Source: a virus (Duplodnaviria; Caudoviricetes). Taken from it: 37,831 nt of DNA. Positions 33,790 to 37,831 of this stretch are shown piece after piece. Position 1 is the first letter of the stretch, and the number at the start of each line of letters is the position of its first letter. The position numbers and the translations under genes are program-made. Location of the stretch: IMG/VR virus record IMGVR_UViG_3300023116_000119, positions 1 through 37,831 of that record. One strand, given 5' to 3'. The notes under the pieces were generated by a model that saw only the letters and a program-made list of their open reading frames with translations, did not search any database and was not told the DNA's origin.

Positions 33790-33932
33790 TGAAAAAACAA
33801 ACCTTTGGAACGCAAATTAGACATACTAACGGAAAGAAAAAAACAAGACAAGGTCTTAGTAAAAATACTAAGTATGGAAATAAATTGAGCAATAAAAATT
33901 ATACAAAAAAGTATAGAGGACAAGGAAGATAA
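33789..33932 (+). CDS. 47-aa basic peptide ending KKYRGQGR, absent from ORF track
   Basis: TAATG-coupled at both ends; KKTRQG...YRGQG pattern seen in small marine phage proteins. Confidence 0.7.
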   Translation: MKKQTFGTQIRHTNGKKKTRQGLSKNTKYGNKLSNKNYTKKYRGQGR

Positions 33933-35830
33933 TGGCTGATTTTAAAACAAGAATAGATGATTTGACAGGTTTTGGTAGCACTGATGATGTTGCTATAGTA
34001 GACTGGCTTACTGCTGGTGCTAGAGAAATCATTGATGTTTTACCAATGTCTAAACTAGATAGAATGTCTGAGGAAGAATTATTTCACAGTGGAAATATAA
34101 AAACAGACAACCCAGTAGATGGTGTAAATGTAGAGGACTCTAAGATACTTCACGTGTTAAGAGCAGAAGATATTACTGCAAGTCCTGTAGTATATCAACC
34201 ATGTAGAGAAGTTCATGCTAACCAAATAGGTAGAGTGATAGACCCTAATTATATGGAGTATGCTACAGCTACAGACCCAGCATATTATGTTTCTAATAAA
34301 AAATTGTTTGTATTACCTGACCATCCTACTGCACCAACAAATACTGGTGATGAAGATTGTAAATTAGTAAAAATTAATGAAGATTTTACCATAGCTGCTA
34401 CAGATACAACAATAGAAAACTTTCCAAAAGAAGCAAATAATGCAGTAGTGTTATATGCAGCTAGAAATGCACTTATTAGACTTATGAATGCTAAACATAG
34501 TAATTCAAATATAACCACTGCTTTAACAGCTATAAAGACTGAAATGGATGAAACTCAAGCAATAGCTGATTTGATTAACACTCAAGTAGATGCAGCTGTT
34601 ACAGAGATTGCAGAAATGGCTATTAATGTAGATGTAAATGTAGATACAGCTTTAACTGCCATGAAAACAGCAGCAGACAAGATTAATGCGGCAATAGAGC
34701 TAGCAAATGACGAATATGATGAGGTAGCAGTAGAGGTAACAGGAACTGCAACTTCTCCAATATCAGCAGCTAGAAGTGCAGCAGTAAGTGCTTTATCTAT
34801 AGCTGATTTAAGTATAAGCTTTTCTGCGCCAAGCGCTCCAGAATTAGGTACAGTAAGTTATGCTGATGCAACAAACGAAGACGCTAGTGCTAGTGCAGTA
34901 TCAGCTATTACAGTTGCTACAGTTGATAAAGCAGATATATCTGGAGATGTTCCTACCTACACCAAGCCTGGACCTAGTATTGATACAGGTCAGTTTGAAA
35001 CATTTTTAGAAACAAACGAAGATGTAGAGTTAGCTCAAATTCAATTAGGTAGACTGCAAAATGAGATGAATCAATATCAAGCAGATATACAAAATGAACT
35101 TAACGAATTTAATAAAGAGAATGCTAGATACAGAGCTAACGTTGAAGCAGAACTAGCTAAACATAATTCAGATTTACAGAAGGCTATTACTCAGGCTCAG
35201 CTTGATGCGGCAGATGCTCAACAAGAAGCACAACAAGCAACTCAAGTTAGCTTAGCTAACAAAGCGGCTGACCAAGCTTTAGCTTTGCAAAACGCAGCAC
35301 AAAATATGGCAGCAACTATTGCGAACAATGATGACTTGGTAGCAAAGTTTTTACAAGAAATAAATTTATATCAAAACAATATAAATAAAGAAATACAAGA
35401 ATACTCTCAAAACTTACAACAAAAAATAGCCGAGTATCAATCTGCTATTGCAATACAACAAAGTTATTACCAAGAAGCTCAAGCAAGAATTAACGCTGGT
35501 AATTCATTCTTAGCAGAAGCACAAGCTAGAGCAAACGAAGTAAATACATACGGAGCAGAAGTTGCTTCAAGACTCGGTCAAGTAAGCGCTCAAGGAACAG
35601 TTGCTGGTTCTTATATAGCAGCTGCTCAAGGTTATGCAACTGAAATACAATCTAAAATCAATATTGTTCAAGGATATGGAACTGAAGTTAATCTTAGACT
35701 TGCAGTTGACAGTAAAGAGTATGATTGGTATACAACACAATATCAAATGGTTAATGCTCAGTTTCAAGAAGCATTACAATTAATAGGTATAGATAAATTA
35801 AAAATTGAAGAAATGAATGAGAGTAGATAA
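33932..35830 (+). CDS. Virion structural protein: head-tail adaptor-like N-terminus plus long Ala/Gln coiled coil
   Basis: WLTAGAREII...PAYYV...LFVLP...FP...AVVLYAA, then ~430 aa of heptad-like sequence. Confidence 0.6.
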   Translation: MADFKTRIDDLTGFGSTDDVAIVDWLTAGAREIIDVLPMSKLDRMSEEELFHSGNIKTDNPVDGVNVEDSKILHVLRAEDITASPVVYQPCREVHANQIGRVIDPNYMEYATATDPAYYVSNKKLFVLPDHPTAPTNTGDEDCKLVKINEDFTIAATDTTIENFPKEANNAVVLYAARNALIRLMNAKHSNSNITTALTAIKTEMDETQAIADLINTQVDAAVTEIAEMAINVDVNVDTALTAMKTAADKINAAIELANDEYDEVAVEVTGTATSPISAARSAAVSALSIADLSISFSAPSAPELGTVSYADATNEDASASAVSAITVATVDKADISGDVPTYTKPGPSIDTGQFETFLETNEDVELAQIQLGRLQNEMNQYQADIQNELNEFNKENARYRANVEAELAKHNSDLQKAITQAQLDAADAQQEAQQATQVSLANKAADQALALQNAAQNMAATIANNDDLVAKFLQEINLYQNNINKEIQEYSQNLQQKIAEYQSAIAIQQSYYQEAQARINAGNSFLAEAQARANEVNTYGAEVASRLGQVSAQGTVAGSYIAAAQGYATEIQSKINIVQGYGTEVNLRLAVDSKEYDWYTTQYQMVNAQFQEALQLIGIDKLKIEEMNESR

Positions 35831-36171
35831 TGGCAGCGATAGAATTTACAGCAAAAGAGATTTATAGTAGAGTACTGCAAGCAGTTCCTGATGTATCAGA
35901 GAACTATGTACTAAACTTAATTAACGAAGCATTGATTGATATGGGTAGATATACTAATCAAATAGAGAATGCTAAAACAGATTTAAAGCATAATCAATTA
36001 TGGTATGCAATTGATGATGATGAATCAGTAACTATAAACAAAGTATTTAGATGTACTATAAAAAATTCAAGCGGAGAGTATATTAAGATTCCTAGATTGT
36101 CTAATGGAGAAATAAAACAATTCTACAACGAATCAAGTACACAATCAAATACAAGTTGGACGGAGGTATAA
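35830..36171 (+). CDS. Putative head-completion/adaptor protein (N-terminal-type module)
   Basis: TAKEIYSRV...VLNLINEALIDM helix pair; position. Confidence 0.55.
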   Translation: MAAIEFTAKEIYSRVLQAVPDVSENYVLNLINEALIDMGRYTNQIENAKTDLKHNQLWYAIDDDESVTINKVFRCTIKNSSGEYIKIPRLSNGEIKQFYNESSTQSNTSWTEV

Positions 36172-36620
36172 TGGCAGCGGTAAGTAGTACTTATACAGAC
36201 CCAAGTGATACATTTGTATGGTGGATAGAAGGCGATAGGCTAGCTATTGCTACTATAGAAGGAGATGGAAATACATCAGAAACTGGAAGAGGAAATCTAA
36301 AGCCAGTTCAATTAGGCTCTGGTAATACTATTACTGATGGATTGTTAATTTCTTACTATGCTGAACCTGATAAACTAACAAGCATTAGTGGAACAATAGA
36401 TATTGACAATGTATTGCAGCCAGCATTAATTGATTTTGTAAAAGGAAAAGCTTTAATGGACGCAGCAGCTAGAACAGATAATCCAGCGATAGCTCAGATT
36501 AGAATGGTTTCTGCACAACAATGTATGGCTAATTATAAAGAAGCTGTACGCAGATATGGTATGAAGAAAAACGATAAAGTGGGCGGAACTAGAGCAGTAG
36601 TTCCAGCAGATATGAGATAA
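36171..36620 (+). CDS. Putative head-completion/adaptor protein (C-terminal-type module)
   Basis: LLISYYAEP...ID..LQPALIDFVKGKAL; GGAGGT RBS before ATG 36171. Confidence 0.55.
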   Translation: MAAVSSTYTDPSDTFVWWIEGDRLAIATIEGDGNTSETGRGNLKPVQLGSGNTITDGLLISYYAEPDKLTSISGTIDIDNVLQPALIDFVKGKALMDAAARTDNPAIAQIRMVSAQQCMANYKEAVRRYGMKKNDKVGGTRAVVPADMR

Positions 36621-36630
36621 AGGGGCAACG

Positions 36631-36927
36631 ATGGAACTAAATAAAGATAGTAAATTTACATTCAGTATTGAAACACTTATCAGTATTAGTGTTACAATAT
36701 TTATGGTTGTTGGTTTATGGTTTAATTTACAAGCTGAAATTGAAGAAGCTAAACAATTACCAGAGCCTCCAATCAGTAGAACAGAGTACGATTTAAAAGA
36801 CCAAATGATTCGTAATTCTATTTTAAATACTGAAGAAAAAGTAGAGAAATTAGAAGATAAAGTAGATGACATTAAAGAAGATACACGAAGTATCAATGAT
36901 ACTCTACTGAAAATGAATAATAATTAA
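36631..36927 (+). CDS. Single-TM coiled-coil membrane protein (possible lysis accessory)
   Basis: TM LISISVTIFMVVGLWF followed by heptad repeats. Confidence 0.65.
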   Translation: MELNKDSKFTFSIETLISISVTIFMVVGLWFNLQAEIEEAKQLPEPPISRTEYDLKDQMIRNSILNTEEKVEKLEDKVDDIKEDTRSINDTLLKMNNN

Positions 36928-36939
36928 TGAGGTTTACAG

Positions 36940-37323
36940 ATGAACAACAGATTTATATCATATTTGGTATTAATTTTATTCTCGTCGCTATCTTGGTTGC
37001 ACTCACAATCAGTCAACTTAGATAGTTTTGAAGATATTCAATTAACGAAGAATGAGTTTTGTGCAGTTATAGAAGTGAATGCTTCTTGGAATTGGGCAAA
37101 CAAAATACCATTAGAAAAATTAGAAAACTGCTATACTGCTTATGTGGATTTATCTAACAAGCAAGTCGGTGCAGTAATACAAAAAGAGTGGGACATTAAA
37201 GTAGTACCTACTATTATTATTTTTGAGTATGGAAAAGAAGTAAAAAGATTTGAAGCAGATTTATCTATGAAATTTAGAGAAGATGAAATATTGAATGCAA
37301 TTAGAACAGAGATTAAAAAATGA
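36940..37323 (+). CDS. Exported thioredoxin-fold protein lacking CxxC
   Basis: Signal peptide; VIEVNASWNWAN at the active-site position; WDIKVVPTIIIFEYGKEVKRF cis-Pro motif. Confidence 0.7.
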   Translation: MNNRFISYLVLILFSSLSWLHSQSVNLDSFEDIQLTKNEFCAVIEVNASWNWANKIPLEKLENCYTAYVDLSNKQVGAVIQKEWDIKVVPTIIIFEYGKEVKRFEADLSMKFREDEILNAIRTEIKK

Positions 37324-37670
37324 TTAAGAAGTTTTTTAAAGATTGGGCAAAAGCGTTTTCAGTATGTTACCCTATGATGGTGCAAGGTAACTTAGCAGCA
37401 TTAACATTAGGACATTTTTGGAAAGCAAACATTACAGGATTATCAGCAGCTTTTGTAGCATTGACTATATCTATCCTTTATTACGATAGAGATTGGGAAA
37501 AATTTAAATGGTATAATCCATTGGTATTAGGGTTTTCTACTTTTATGGTAGATTGGATGGTACACCCTACACACTTTGGAGGATACTTTGGAGAAGCAGC
37601 CTTAACAGGTCTAGGAACATTTGCATTAGCTATGTTCTTTGCATATAAAAAAGATATATTAGGAGAATAA
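37320..37670 (+). CDS. Multi-pass membrane protein
   Basis: Three to four hydrophobic segments in 116 aa. Confidence 0.7.
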   Translation: MIKKFFKDWAKAFSVCYPMMVQGNLAALTLGHFWKANITGLSAAFVALTISILYYDRDWEKFKWYNPLVLGFSTFMVDWMVHPTHFGGYFGEAALTGLGTFALAMFFAYKKDILGE

Positions 37671-37671
37671 T

Positions 37672-37831
37672 ATGCCAGCAAAAAAGAAAAGCACAAAAAG
37701 TAAAAAAGACCCTAGATTAGCTAGAGCTGGTGTATCTGGTTACAATAAACCAAAACGAACACCTAGCCACCCTAAGAAGTCACATATCGTTGTAGCTAAA
37801 GAAGGAAGTAAAATTAAAACTATACGCTTTG
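37672..37831 (+). CDS. Basic protein, truncated at window end (MPAKKK...GYNKPKRTPSHPKKSHIVVAKEGSKIKTIRF)
   Basis: AGGAGA RBS, open frame to the edge. Confidence 0.7.
   Translation, partial: MPAKKKSTKSKKDPRLARAGVSGYNKPKRTPSHPKKSHIVVAKEGSKIKTIRF

Noticed and set aside
143-37696. Numerous short antisense or alternate-frame ORFs in the track (e.g. 507-863, 6252-6698, 11659-12003, 20538-20942, 27666-28082, 36453-36896)
   Set aside because: Shadow ORFs of well-supported genes, without RBS or recognisable motifs
1-37831. Alternative genetic code, tRNA genes, introns or inteins
   Set aside because: Long genes are intact under the standard code, no cloverleaf noticed, and terL, dnaB and portal have ordinary lengths

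Overview
Segment of an AT-rich tailed-phage genome with podovirus-like organisation. No rRNA, tRNA, CRISPR array, integrase, DNA polymerase or primase was recognised. Layout: (+) 1-11.05 kb holds a lysozyme-like gene, four probable internal/ejection proteins (up to 1547 aa) and three trailing orphan genes, the last with an ADP-ribosyltransferase-like motif set. (-) 11.05-16 kb is a replication/recombination module (DnaB helicase, Hjc-like resolvase, SSB, Rad52-like annealase, Cas4-like nuclease, RHH regulator). (-) 16-21.8 kb holds small early genes and a class II glutamine amidotransferase plus amidoligase pair. 21.8-23.1 kb is a divergent control region with phased repeats, an orphan gene enclosed by inverted repeats, a ~175-nt rod-like hairpin and a candidate small RNA. 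(+) 23.1-37.8 kb holds nucleotide-metabolism genes, terminase subunits, a gamma-glutamylcyclotransferase, portal, scaffold, major capsid, a cluster of Lys/Arg-rich peptides and head-completion/membrane genes. All calls come from manual motif reading; no database search or folding program was run.
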